From the NCBI GenBank assembly GCA_041657445.1, contig JBBABV010000001.1:36783-100782 (forward strand): a stretch of 64,000 nt of DNA. Direction: 5' to 3'. The notes beneath the pieces were generated by a model. It did no database searches, was not told where the DNA came from, and saw nothing but the letters and a program-made list of their open reading frames with translations. This document shows positions 40,449 through 50,327 of this stretch, in pieces; the stretch's first letter is position 1, and the number at the start of each line of letters is the position of its first letter. The position numbers and the translations under genes were made by a program. This DNA comes from Minisyncoccota bacterium (GTDB lineage: Bacteria > Patescibacteriota > Minisyncoccia > Phycocordibacterales > UBA9973).

Positions 40449-42263
40449 TTATTCAATAAAATCTCCAGATTGATGCTTCCACAACCTTGCATAGAGCCCG
40501 TTTTGATTTATAAGTTTAGAATGAGTTCCATCTTCAACGATTTTTCCTTGATCTAATACTATTATTCTGTCTAAATGCTTTATGGTAGATAGTCTATGAG
40601 CAATTACTATAGCCGTCTTATTCTTCATTAACTCTAAAAATCCTTCTTGGATATATTTTTCAACCTGAGAATCAAGCGAACTTGTTGCTTCATCTAATAT
40701 GAGAATTGGAGCATTTTTTAAAATAGCTCTTGCAATCGCAATTCTTTGTCTTTGTCCACCTGATAATTTTACACCTCTTTCACCTACCAAGGTATCATAC
40801 CCTTCGGGCAATTCATTAATAAACTCATCTGCTCTTGCTAGTCGTGATGCCTCATAGACTTCTTCTTTTGTGGCCCCTTCTTTTGCATAAGCAATATTTT
40901 CAAAAAGTGATCTATGAAAAAGAAGAGGTTCCTGTGGGACATAGGAGATATTTTCTCTTAAAGATTTTTGAGTAACATCATAGATGTTTTGTTCGTCAAT
41001 TAATATATCGCCAGAATGTAAATCAGAAAAACGAAGAAGTAATTTTGTGATAGTAGTTTTTCCTCCTCCACTAGGACCCACTAATCCAACCTTTTCTTTT
41101 CCTTTTATATCCAAAGAAAAATTAGAAAGAAAAGAATTTCTTTCTTTTTCGTTTTCTTCTTTTATATCATTAAATTTATTTTCTTTGTAAAAGAAGGTAG
41201 CATTTTTAAAGGAAATGCTTCCTTTCGTAACATTTAAATCACTTGCTTTTTCCTTATCAATAATAGTAGGGGGGTTTAGAAACATCTGAGTAAATTCCGC
41301 TGCTTCACTAATAGAAGACTCAAAATTTCTGTAGGTTCTATTAATTTCCCAAAAAATTCTTGTTATTTGTGAATAGTAAGAGAAAACAACAAAAATCATT
41401 CCTGCCTGTAAACCAAGAAGTTCAGAAAAGTATATCGCAAGGACCAATCCTATAACATTAGTAACCACATAAAGTGGAGAAATTATACTATCAAAAATTA
41501 AATTCTGGTAATCAGCAGCTTTCTTAAATTTTTGAGTAAAATCACTAATATATTTTCCATATTCATTTATCTCCCTTTTCTCTTTCGCAAATGATTTAAT
41601 TGCAAATATATTTGACATTGAATCAGATAATCTTCCAACGACATTACTACTTGCAATATGTCTCTCTGCAACAAGTTTAGATCTTCTTTTGATTATAGGA
41701 ATCGCAATAGATACAACTACAGCCATACAAAAAAGAAGAATAAGTGGTATCCAAAAGGAATATTGCCATAAAACAACAGTAACAAAAATAAGAGGAAAAA
41801 TATTTGTGAACACATTAAATAAAAGTGTATCTGTAAATGTCTCAAAACTTCGTGAATATGCTAATGCTTTTTTAGACAACGAACCTACAAAATTATTTGT
41901 ATAGAAATCATAATCCCTTTTTGCAAGCCATTCAAACCCCTTATTCGCAAGATTCCTTATGCCATCTGTCTCAAGAGCAATAAGGTAATGAAGTCCTATT
42001 CGCCATAATGTTTCTCCAAGAATCCACGATCCAAAAAATAACCATAAATAAGGCCCTGCTAGAGAAAGAGAGATACTACCATTTTCTGCAAATATATCTA
42101 CAATTTTACCTATTAGAAGAGGAGGAATAAAAAAAACAAATATATTTCCAACAGAAGGAAGTAAAAAAGAAACAATAGATTGGAAGGTATGTTGACGATA
42201 TTCACCAATATAATCTCCAAGCACCTGCTTGATTGCTTTATTTGTTATTTCTTTATAGTTCAT
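40449..42263 (-). CDS. ABC exporter, fused permease-ATPase (MsbA/MDR type)
   Basis: A 6-TM domain followed by an NBD with Walker A GPSGGGKTT, signature LSGGQRQRIAIARA and Walker B ILDEATSSLD. Confidence 0.85.
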   Translation of the reverse strand: MNYKEITNKAIKQVLGDYIGEYRQHTFQSIVSFLLPSVGNIFVFFIPPLLIGKIVDIFAENGSISLSLAGPYLWLFFGSWILGETLWRIGLHYLIALETDGIRNLANKGFEWLAKRDYDFYTNNFVGSLSKKALAYSRSFETFTDTLLFNVFTNIFPLIFVTVVLWQYSFWIPLILLFCMAVVVSIAIPIIKRRSKLVAERHIASSNVVGRLSDSMSNIFAIKSFAKEKREINEYGKYISDFTQKFKKAADYQNLIFDSIISPLYVVTNVIGLVLAIYFSELLGLQAGMIFVVFSYYSQITRIFWEINRTYRNFESSISEAAEFTQMFLNPPTIIDKEKASDLNVTKGSISFKNATFFYKENKFNDIKEENEKERNSFLSNFSLDIKGKEKVGLVGPSGGGKTTITKLLLRFSDLHSGDILIDEQNIYDVTQKSLRENISYVPQEPLLFHRSLFENIAYAKEGATKEEVYEASRLARADEFINELPEGYDTLVGERGVKLSGGQRQRIAIARAILKNAPILILDEATSSLDSQVEKYIQEGFLELMKNKTAIVIAHRLSTIKHLDRIIVLDQGKIVEDGTHSKLINQNGLYARLWKHQSGDFIE

Positions 42264-42315
42264 ATTTAAAACACTACTTTACCATGCTTTTTCATTTTTC
42301 CTAAATTTTAGAAAA

Positions 42316-43044
42316 TTAATTAGAATTACCTATTATATTTGAATCAGTTTTTGACTTGAATTTTTTATCATATATAAATACTTTTCCTAAAATAATTCCA
42401 CACCAAAGAATAAACAGAAAAAGTATATTTAAAAAATCCATCTTAAACAAAGCATCACCTGTTATATATGCAAAAATGCCCCAAAATGTATTCCAGACTA
42501 TTATTCCAAGAGCAGAAGCAGAAAGAAATTTTTTAAATGGAATTCTTATAATTCCTGCTGATGTTGATGTAATAGCAGCAAGATTTGGAACCCAATATGA
42601 GGATAAAACTGCAATAAAAATATGTTTTGAGAGTTTTTCCTTCATTCTTTCAAGCATTTCTTCATAACCTAGTTTTTTAAGAAGATGATACCAACCTTGT
42701 CTTCCTATAAAGTAATTAAATATATATGCAATAAAAAAGGAAATAGAAATAGTTAGAACAACTATAATAGAACGAGAAATATCTCCAGTAGCCGAGATAA
42801 CACCCAAGAATACAATAACTCCTCCTGGAAAGTAATTTCCAGCAATAAGCATTCCTTCAAGAAGCCCAGCAATAAATACTACAAGTAATCCGTATTCTTG
42901 AAAAAACATTGAAGTTAAATCAATAATTTCATCAACTGTTGGTATTTTAAAAATCTCTTTTCCTGCAAGAAAAATAAGATATATAAAAATCAATGTAAGG
43001 GGAAGAGATAATGTCTTTAAAATTTCCTTTAATGTAATTTGCAT
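42316..43044 (-). CDS. DedA/VTT-domain membrane protein
   Basis: Hydrophobic, with DedA-like GxxxxG and R..PF motifs (GLLEGMLIAGNYFPGG; IRIPFKKFL). Confidence 0.55.
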   Translation of the reverse strand: MQITLKEILKTLSLPLTLIFIYLIFLAGKEIFKIPTVDEIIDLTSMFFQEYGLLVVFIAGLLEGMLIAGNYFPGGVIVFLGVISATGDISRSIIVVLTISISFFIAYIFNYFIGRQGWYHLLKKLGYEEMLERMKEKLSKHIFIAVLSSYWVPNLAAITSTSAGIIRIPFKKFLSASALGIIVWNTFWGIFAYITGDALFKMDFLNILFLFILWCGIILGKVFIYDKKFKSKTDSNIIGNSN

Positions 43045-43083
43045 ATTTTTATAAGTGTTAAAAAAATAATTAATAAAATAAAA

Positions 43084-44106
43084 CTACCATTCTTCTTTTT
43101 TAATTTTTAATATCTCATCTGGGGTATAATTCTTGTTTGCTTTTGTATCATGTGGAAACCTTACTATATATAACCCTCTTTTTTGGGTATCTAAATATAT
43201 ATCCATTTCACAACCAGGAAAAAAGTATTCAGTTCGTAGATTTGGTCCGATTAATACCGTAGGACTAAAACCTAACTTCATTTTAATTATTTTATTAAGA
43301 AGTTTTATTGAATTTTTATAACTTGTTCCACCTCTATCTCCCCCAACAATTACAATATCTATACTTCCGCCTTTTGATTTTTCTTTTATATCTAGTAGTG
43401 ATTTACTTAAGTCATCTATAAACTCTTCCTTTTTCTTTTCTAAAAATTCTCCAGGATCCTGGTGACTTAAAAAAGAAATTTGTTTATTTAATTTTTTATC
43501 TTCTCCAACAGCAATAACACTTGTACAATCAACAAAGAATTTTGAAAATTTGTTCTTTTCATTACATTCAGAAATAACATACGACATTTCACCATCGCTT
43601 TTAATTTTTTCTTTTTTTAACTCCTCCTTTTCTCCAAATAAATTTATTTCTTGACCTTCTTTTTCAATATAAAATAGTTTATCCAAGGTATCATCATCAA
43701 TATTTGTTCTATCTAAAATACATGCTCTAATTGGTTTATAAATTTTTTCTAACCCTTTTATATATTCCTCGTGAGCCTCATTAAGTATAGTTGGCGTTAA
43801 TTTTTGAAAAATAATACAGGAAAAATTATACCTTGCGTTATTTTTTGATTTTTTAACCTCTTCTTTATATTCTTGAATTTCCTCTTTAGTAATTTTTACA
43901 GAAGGATAATTTTTTAACTTCTTCCACATAATTGCGTCCTTTAATGTCAGTTCCTCTGGAACAACGCTTTGAAGTTCAAACATTCCTTCAAAATTTTCTG
44001 TTTCTTTCTTTTGAATTAATAATTTAATTTCACTACGAAAATCAGACAAAGCCTTTTCAGATTTATTTTCATTAGAACTATCCTCTATCATATTTTGACC
44101 TTCCAT
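43084..44106 (-). CDS. Hypothetical soluble protein (340 aa, Lys/Glu-rich)
   Basis: ORF only. The C-terminal IVIVGGDRGGTSYKN block was not recognised. Confidence 0.4.
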   Translation of the reverse strand: MEGQNMIEDSSNENKSEKALSDFRSEIKLLIQKKETENFEGMFELQSVVPEELTLKDAIMWKKLKNYPSVKITKEEIQEYKEEVKKSKNNARYNFSCIIFQKLTPTILNEAHEEYIKGLEKIYKPIRACILDRTNIDDDTLDKLFYIEKEGQEINLFGEKEELKKEKIKSDGEMSYVISECNEKNKFSKFFVDCTSVIAVGEDKKLNKQISFLSHQDPGEFLEKKKEEFIDDLSKSLLDIKEKSKGGSIDIVIVGGDRGGTSYKNSIKLLNKIIKMKLGFSPTVLIGPNLRTEYFFPGCEMDIYLDTQKRGLYIVRFPHDTKANKNYTPDEILKIKKEEW

Positions 44107-44115
44107 ATATATAAT

Positions 44116-47100
44116 TTACACCACTATTTCTTTTTTTCCAAATTTTACATATAAAATTGGAACAACAAAAAGAGTAAGAATAGTAGAAAATAGTAAACCG
44201 AATATAATTGAAAGAGCCACAGGTGCCCATGTTGGATCAGAGAAAGCAAGGGGCAACATACCTGCCACAGTAGTAAGTGTCGTTAAAAGAATTGGTTGAA
44301 GTCTAGATTTTGCTGAAACATATACAGCATCTATTATTGTTAATCCTTCTTTACGAAATTTATTTATGGAATCAATTAGGATAATTGCATTGTTTACCAC
44401 AATACCAGCTAAGGCAACTATACCTATAAATCCTGGAAATGAAAGTGGTTGATTCATCAAAACTAATCCAAAAAATACTCCTATTAAAGCTAAAGGAATT
44501 GTAATAATAATAAAGAATGGCTGTCTAAATGAGTTAAATTGCCATAGAAGCAAGCCAAATATAAGAATAATACCAAGTATCATTGCCTGTCCAAGACTTG
44601 CGAATGATTCATTTATATCTTCCTCTTCTCCACCATACTTAATTGATACATTTTCTGGTAGATTATAGTTTTCAATTTTTTCCTGTAATTGCTTTACTAT
44701 TAATCCTGCATTTGCACCTTCTTTTATATCAGAGGATACAGTGATAGACCTATCTCCATCTTCATGAGAAATTGATACTCTATTATTTGTAAGACTCACA
44801 TTTGCAAATGTTGATAATGGGGTCATTCCTTTTTCTGTTGGTATTAAAATACTATTTAAATCCGAAACAGAAACTTTTGGAATATTGCCAACAATCCCAT
44901 ACGAAGAGCCAATGTTGTAAATCACTTTTACATTTATATCATCTCCATTTACCTTAACAACTGTTGCTTCATTTCCTGTAATAGCAGTCCTTAGAAGCCC
45001 AGCAATTTGAACAGGAGAAACTCCAAACATTCTAGCTTGTGCTCTGTTTATACTAATAAACAATTCTCCTGGACCTTCTTGTATTCCGTCAGAAACATTT
45101 CTTGTACCTTCAATAGAATAAAGTATATCTGCTACATTTTTTGCAGTTTCTTCTAAGTCTTCAATATCCTTTCCCATTATTTTTACTTGAACAGGAAGTC
45201 CTGAAGGAGGACCTGCCCCCTCCTGAGCCAGGGTAACAATCGCATCTGGAACTAATTCATTTAATTTAGGTTCGTATTCCTCTATCAATTTTATACTATC
45301 TATTTCAGTTTCTTCACGAAGATTAACAACAACTGAACCCACATGTCCAGCACTTTGCCCAATACTTCCAGTATTAAAGCTACTTCCAGAACCTACTGTT
45401 ATCATAAATGACTCTATTCTCATATCCTCTATCAAAAAATCTTCAATATCCATTATTTGTGCATTTGTGACAGAAAGAGGAGTTCCAACTGGATTTTCTA
45501 CATCAATATAGATTATCTCCATAGATGATGGAGGAAACATATTTACTTCTAAAATACCAAAAACTGGTAAAGAAATACTTACAAGAAATAAGACAATAAT
45601 TATAATTAAAAATCTCTTAGAGTATTTTGGATTATTTAAGATTAAATGGAGACGACTGTCATAGAAAGCATAAAGTTTTTTAATTAAATCCCTTGTAAAG
45701 GTAAGTCCTTGAAAGGAATTACTGTTATTACTTGGTTTTAATAAATGAATTCCAAGTGTAGTTATTATTCCAAGAGAAACAAAAATAGCAGTCAAAAGAA
45801 CAATGGTGATTGTAATAGGAATTGATTCAATGAACTCGCCGATAATACCACTCATTAAAAGCATAGGTAAAAAGACAAATACAGTAGTCAGTGTTCCAGA
45901 AATAAGTGGATTTTTAAATTCTGTAATAGTTTCTATCGCAGATTGATATGGGCTCTTTCCTTCTTTTAATAGATTAAACATATTTTCGGTTACTACTATG
46001 GAAGCATCCACCAAAATTCCAAGTGCTAAAATTAACGAAAAAAGAGTTAGGAAGTTTATCGTATAACCAAGTGGATTAAGAATTGCAAATGTAAAGAGAA
46101 ATGTAAGTGGAACTACTAGACTTGCAAGAAGTGCTTCTTTCCATCCAAGAAAAATTATCAAAACAATTAAAACTATTATCATAGTAAGCAGACCACTATT
46201 TAACAGAGTTGATAAATCTTTTCTTATAAATTCTGCATCATCTTGCACCACTTCAATTATGATTTCTTCAGGTAAGGTATTTTCTCTAGCTTCGGTTATT
46301 ATTTCATTTGTTTTATCAACTATAGTAAGGATATCTCCTTGACCTGATAACTTAAATACCTCTATACCGATAGATTGATTGATTCCTCCTTCATGAGTTC
46401 CTAGTCTTGAGATAGTGTTAGATCTTGTATATGTGTCTTCTACCTCAGCAATATCTCTAATAAAAACAGGAGTGCCGTTAGAACTAGCAATTGCTGTATT
46501 CCTTACATCCTCTGCGGTATGTAATCGTCCTTCAAGTCTTACTGTATAAGTACTACCAGCTGTTTCAATACTTCCAATAGGAATATCACTATTGGCATTT
46601 ACAATACCACTTGTTACTTGTCCTATATTTAATCCAAATTGACTCAAACTTTTATCCGATAAGATGATTTGTATTTCTCTTTCTGGTGCACCTGTAATAC
46701 TTATCTGAGATACAGCTTCTACCCTCTCAATACTTTCTTTTAGTTCTTCTGCATACTCCTTTAGACGAATAGGGTCAAAAGGTCCACTTAAAGCAAGAGA
46801 AAGTATTGGTCTATCATCAAAACTTATTTGTTGTATAACAGGATCATTTGTATCTAGAGGTAAATCAGGTTTAACTCTATCTATTCTTTCTCTCACATCA
46901 CTTAGTTTATCTCTAATATCAGTTCCGATATTAAATGTTATCACGATTGAAGAAAGACTCTGTTGAGATGTAGAGGTGAATGTATCAATGTCTGCTAATC
47001 CTTGTATTCTATTTTCAATTTTGTCAGTTATTAACTCCTCTACATCAATAGCAGAAGCCCCAGGAAGACTCGTAGAGATAACAACAATAGGTAAATCAAC

Positions 47101-47238
47101 CTCAGGACTTGATTCCTTTGGAATTGTTAAAATTGACACAATACCGAAAACAATAATTGTAAAAATTACAACATAAGTCAAACGAAAATTATCTATGAAA
47201 AAATTCCAAATACTTTTATTATTATCACTAGAAGACAT
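44116..47238 (-). CDS. RND-superfamily efflux transporter (AcrB-like, 12 TM)
   Basis: 1040 aa with the two-repeat RND topology and large periplasmic loops. Confidence 0.85.
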   Translation of the reverse strand: MSSSDNNKSIWNFFIDNFRLTYVVIFTIIVFGIVSILTIPKESSPEVDLPIVVISTSLPGASAIDVEELITDKIENRIQGLADIDTFTSTSQQSLSSIVITFNIGTDIRDKLSDVRERIDRVKPDLPLDTNDPVIQQISFDDRPILSLALSGPFDPIRLKEYAEELKESIERVEAVSQISITGAPEREIQIILSDKSLSQFGLNIGQVTSGIVNANSDIPIGSIETAGSTYTVRLEGRLHTAEDVRNTAIASSNGTPVFIRDIAEVEDTYTRSNTISRLGTHEGGINQSIGIEVFKLSGQGDILTIVDKTNEIITEARENTLPEEIIIEVVQDDAEFIRKDLSTLLNSGLLTMIIVLIVLIIFLGWKEALLASLVVPLTFLFTFAILNPLGYTINFLTLFSLILALGILVDASIVVTENMFNLLKEGKSPYQSAIETITEFKNPLISGTLTTVFVFLPMLLMSGIIGEFIESIPITITIVLLTAIFVSLGIITTLGIHLLKPSNNSNSFQGLTFTRDLIKKLYAFYDSRLHLILNNPKYSKRFLIIIIVLFLVSISLPVFGILEVNMFPPSSMEIIYIDVENPVGTPLSVTNAQIMDIEDFLIEDMRIESFMITVGSGSSFNTGSIGQSAGHVGSVVVNLREETEIDSIKLIEEYEPKLNELVPDAIVTLAQEGAGPPSGLPVQVKIMGKDIEDLEETAKNVADILYSIEGTRNVSDGIQEGPGELFISINRAQARMFGVSPVQIAGLLRTAITGNEATVVKVNGDDINVKVIYNIGSSYGIVGNIPKVSVSDLNSILIPTEKGMTPLSTFANVSLTNNRVSISHEDGDRSITVSSDIKEGANAGLIVKQLQEKIENYNLPENVSIKYGGEEEDINESFASLGQAMILGIILIFGLLLWQFNSFRQPFFIIITIPLALIGVFFGLVLMNQPLSFPGFIGIVALAGIVVNNAIILIDSINKFRKEGLTIIDAVYVSAKSRLQPILLTTLTTVAGMLPLAFSDPTWAPVALSIIFGLLFSTILTLFVVPILYVKFGKKEIVV

Positions 47239-47239
47239 T

Positions 47240-48733
47240 TTAGTTTTTTATTTCAACTCTCATACCATCTTTAAGACCACGAGCTGATTCAGCAATTAGA
47301 GTTTCGGACAATAAATCTGTAAAAATTTCAATTGATTCACCTTTTATATTACCTGTTTCAACTTCCTTTTCGATTACAATTTTATTTGAATTATCATAAA
47401 TATACACAACAGAAGCATCTGCACGAGGACGAATTGATTTTAATGGAACAGTAAGAATTGTGTTATCAATATTTTTTACATAAATCTCTACATTTACGAA
47501 CTCACCTATAACAAAAGATTTTTCGGTATTCTCAGGAACAATTAGAACTTCAACTTTTCCATTGATAGGATTAATACCAGAAGAGATGTTTGATACTACT
47601 CCTTTATAATCGTTATTTATTAACACATCACTTCCCACTTCAATCTTTTTACTTTCTGAACTACTCAAAAATGCTTTTATATAAATACCAGACTTGTTTG
47701 TAAGAGAAACAACTGTTTGACCTATGTTTATATATTCTCCTATACTAACTGGGACTGCAATTACATCACCGGAAAAGGGAGCACGGATAATTGTTTTTGA
47801 AAATGCTGTCTTTGCAGAACTAAGATTTGCTTCCGCTTGTGCAACCTGTGCTTCTTGAGAAACAATTTGTTCTTCACTAACTGTGGATTGTTGGATAGTA
47901 GTATCTATACTTTCCTTTGCTAGTAAATATGCATTGTAATTTGCTATATATGAATCACTTTTTTTGTTTGGAATATCTACATACCATATAGTATCCATAT
48001 ATGTATCAATAGAGTCAGGAAAAGAAATGTAAAGACCTCTTGTACCAAATGGAGTTGGCCCTGTTTTATTAATTTCAACATCACGGACTGTTTCAAGTTT
48101 AAAGATATTCATTTCATAATCTCCCATCTGTTTTCCCCTCTCAAAAATTATCTTATATGTTCCCTCTTCACTACCAGAATATCTACCACTAATGATGGGG
48201 GCTGTTTGAGAATACAAATCTGAGTCTGGTTCAGCTATTAAATCTGCCGACAAAAGATTTGCATATGCATTTTCAGTGGAAATTTTTTGTTGTTGCTCTA
48301 TATTACCAATATATGCACCATCAGCACTTCTTCTTTTAAGTTCAGCAAGTTGTGCCTTTTGCACTGCTACTAATGCTTCTGCTTGCTCTACTTGAGATTT
48401 TATAGAACTATTCTCTAATGTAATCAATGATTGCCCTTTTGAAACAACATCTCCTACTCTCACATTTACACTCATAATTTCTCCACTTGCTTGAGATTTC
48501 AAATCTGCCTGTTGTTCTGACACAACCGATCCAGTAGCAAAAACAGAGGTGCCTTCTATTTTGTCTCCAAGTTTAAATACTGAAATGACCTTTATTGGTT
48601 CGTCTATCACTTGCTCGGAATTTTCTACTTTTCCTGTTCTTGTAGCAAAAAAGACAACTACAATGATGAGTCCTATAACCCCATACAAAAGATATTTTCT
48701 ATTTATTCCTTTTGTTTTGTTAATTATATTCAT
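47240..48733 (-). CDS. Membrane-fusion (HlyD/AcrA-like) periplasmic adaptor
   Basis: N-terminal TM, a biotinyl/lipoyl-like hairpin (VGDVVSKGQSLITLEN), a coiled coil and a beta-barrel. Its stop lies 1 nt before the RND gene. Confidence 0.75.
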   Translation of the reverse strand: MNIINKTKGINRKYLLYGVIGLIIVVVFFATRTGKVENSEQVIDEPIKVISVFKLGDKIEGTSVFATGSVVSEQQADLKSQASGEIMSVNVRVGDVVSKGQSLITLENSSIKSQVEQAEALVAVQKAQLAELKRRSADGAYIGNIEQQQKISTENAYANLLSADLIAEPDSDLYSQTAPIISGRYSGSEEGTYKIIFERGKQMGDYEMNIFKLETVRDVEINKTGPTPFGTRGLYISFPDSIDTYMDTIWYVDIPNKKSDSYIANYNAYLLAKESIDTTIQQSTVSEEQIVSQEAQVAQAEANLSSAKTAFSKTIIRAPFSGDVIAVPVSIGEYINIGQTVVSLTNKSGIYIKAFLSSSESKKIEVGSDVLINNDYKGVVSNISSGINPINGKVEVLIVPENTEKSFVIGEFVNVEIYVKNIDNTILTVPLKSIRPRADASVVYIYDNSNKIVIEKEVETGNIKGESIEIFTDLLSETLIAESARGLKDGMRVEIKN

Positions 48734-48811
48734 GTATAAAATATGTAATGAAAAGATGTCTCTTTATTTAGACAATGATTAAATATACCAAGAAAACAAA
48801 AAGGAATCAAT

Positions 48812-49030
48812 TCATCTTTTTAATTCACTTACAATAGAAGTAATCACCCCTACTACAATGACTAACACTATAACAAACAGTATTAATATGGTTACTAGTC
48901 CCATTTTAGTTTTTAATTTAAAAGTGAAAAAAACTGACCTAGATAATACGGCCAAGCAATGATAGCTAGCACTCCTTGCCAAAAGCCAAGTTTGAGAAAG
49001 CCAATAGTAAATAACCATGCCATTATCCAC
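48812..49030 (-). CDS. Doubtful small ORF (only the C-terminal ~30 aa is TM-like)
   Basis: ORF-track entry only. The N-terminal part has no coding character. Confidence 0.15.
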   Translation of the reverse strand: MDNGMVIYYWLSQTWLLARSASYHCLAVLSRSVFFTFKLKTKMGLVTILILFVIVLVIVVGVITSIVSELKR

Positions 49031-49140
49031 AAACCCCCAGTCATTGTTTGATTTTCTATTTTTATTTTGTTCATAATAGTATTATAGCATTTATTTTATA
49101 TTTTTTTCAAATCACTACTTAAACCAGGTTTCGTATTGTC

Positions 49141-49214
49141 TGGCTGGGGGGGAAGGAATCGGACCTTCATTTGAGCGTTCAAAGTGCCCTGTCCTGCCAT
49201 TAGACGACCCCCCA
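49141..49214 (-). tRNA. tRNA-Gln (anticodon UUG), CCA encoded
   Basis: Cloverleaf folded by hand. The acceptor stem is UGGGGGG/CCCCCCA (U1-A72) with discriminator G, both typical tRNA-Gln identity elements. D-loop is AAUGGCA, the anticodon loop is CU-UUG-AA, the T-arm is GAAGG-UCCGAUU-CCUUC, and the 3' end is GCCA. It is a GC-rich island in AT-rich surroundings. Confidence 0.7.
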
Positions 49215-49238
49215 ATGTTCTTTTATCTCCCACTAACT

Positions 49239-50318
49239 CTACTTCTCCTCATTCTGCCCTAGAATCTTAATCAAAGCAAGTTCTAGAGGTAATTCTTGAA
49301 TAAAAACTCTGTCTATATTCTGATATGCTTCAAGTAATGCAACCAATGCAGGTGAGCGAAGTATACCCTTTTTGTCTTCTTTTACAAGTTGCTTTAAAAA
49401 TTCCAAATCTGTATCTGATAAATCTTCAGTCATTTCTTTTTCTAGTCTTGGTGCATATTTAAGAATGATTGCAATTCTGAATTTTTGAATGATAAGTTTA
49501 GTAAATAGCTTCATGTCAATATTTTCTTCTCCGCATTTTCTTACTATCATTATCCCCTTTTCTAATTCATCTTTTGCTATAGCAGAGATGTATTCATTCA
49601 CTAATGTAGTTTTTGGTGCACCGGTAATCTTCTCTACCTCTTCCCTTTTGATTTTTTTAGATTTTGAAAAGTTGAGCACTTTTTGAAGAATACCTACGGC
49701 ATCTCTAAATGAACCATCACCTAGAATCGCAATTAGTTCTGCTGAACCTCTATCAAGTTCAAAACCCTCCTTTGTAGCTATATCTACTACATTTTTCTTA
49801 AGAAGTGAATCAGATGGCTTGCGAAAATTAAAAACCTGACATCTGGAGATGATAGTATCAGGGACTTTATGGAATTCAGTAGTAGCGAGAATGAATATCA
49901 CATGAGATGGTGGCTCTTCAAGTGTCTTTAAAAGACCTCCCCATGCATCTTTGGATAGCATATGCACTTCGTCAATAATATATATTTTGTATTTTGAATC
50001 AAAAGGAAGCATTCTCACTCCTTCTCTTAATTCTCTTATATCATCTATTCCTCTATTTGATGCTGCATCTATCTCATATGTATCATTTATAGAAATCCCC
50101 ATTTCGTTTGCAAAAATCCTTGCGACAGAAGTCTTACCAATACCCCTACTACCAACAAAAAGATATGCATGAGATACTTTTTCATCAGAAATAGAACTTT
50201 CAAGCACACTTACTATGTGATCCTGCCCTTCTACATCTTTAAATGTTTGTGGTCTGTATTTGCGATATAAAGCAAGTGTTGATCCCTTAATTTCCTTTGA
50301 CATTACTAAATTATACAC
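49239..50318 (-). CDS. dnaX: DnaX-like clamp-loader AAA+ protein (gamma/tau); only domains I-III
   Basis: RKYRPQTFKDVEGQDHIV, Walker A GSRGIGKTS, Walker B DEVHML and the SRC sensor are present. At 359 aa it is truncated relative to typical DnaX proteins. Confidence 0.8.
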   Translation of the reverse strand: MYNLVMSKEIKGSTLALYRKYRPQTFKDVEGQDHIVSVLESSISDEKVSHAYLFVGSRGIGKTSVARIFANEMGISINDTYEIDAASNRGIDDIRELREGVRMLPFDSKYKIYIIDEVHMLSKDAWGGLLKTLEEPPSHVIFILATTEFHKVPDTIISRCQVFNFRKPSDSLLKKNVVDIATKEGFELDRGSAELIAILGDGSFRDAVGILQKVLNFSKSKKIKREEVEKITGAPKTTLVNEYISAIAKDELEKGIMIVRKCGEENIDMKLFTKLIIQKFRIAIILKYAPRLEKEMTEDLSDTDLEFLKQLVKEDKKGILRSPALVALLEAYQNIDRVFIQELPLELALIKILGQNEEK

Positions 50319-50327
50319 GATTTAGGA

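Noticed and set aside
48812-49030. 72-aa ORF as a real gene
   Set aside because: Only the last roughly 30 aa look like a TM helix. The N-terminal two-thirds are atypical, and the interval is better explained as the tRNA-Gln 3' flank.
49124-49240. GC-rich island suspected to be SRP RNA (ffs), which often neighbours dnaX
   Set aside because: Neither strand carries the conserved domain-IV GGUCC-GGAA-GGAAGCAG arrangement. The region folds convincingly as tRNA-Gln instead, and it lies downstream of dnaX, not upstream.
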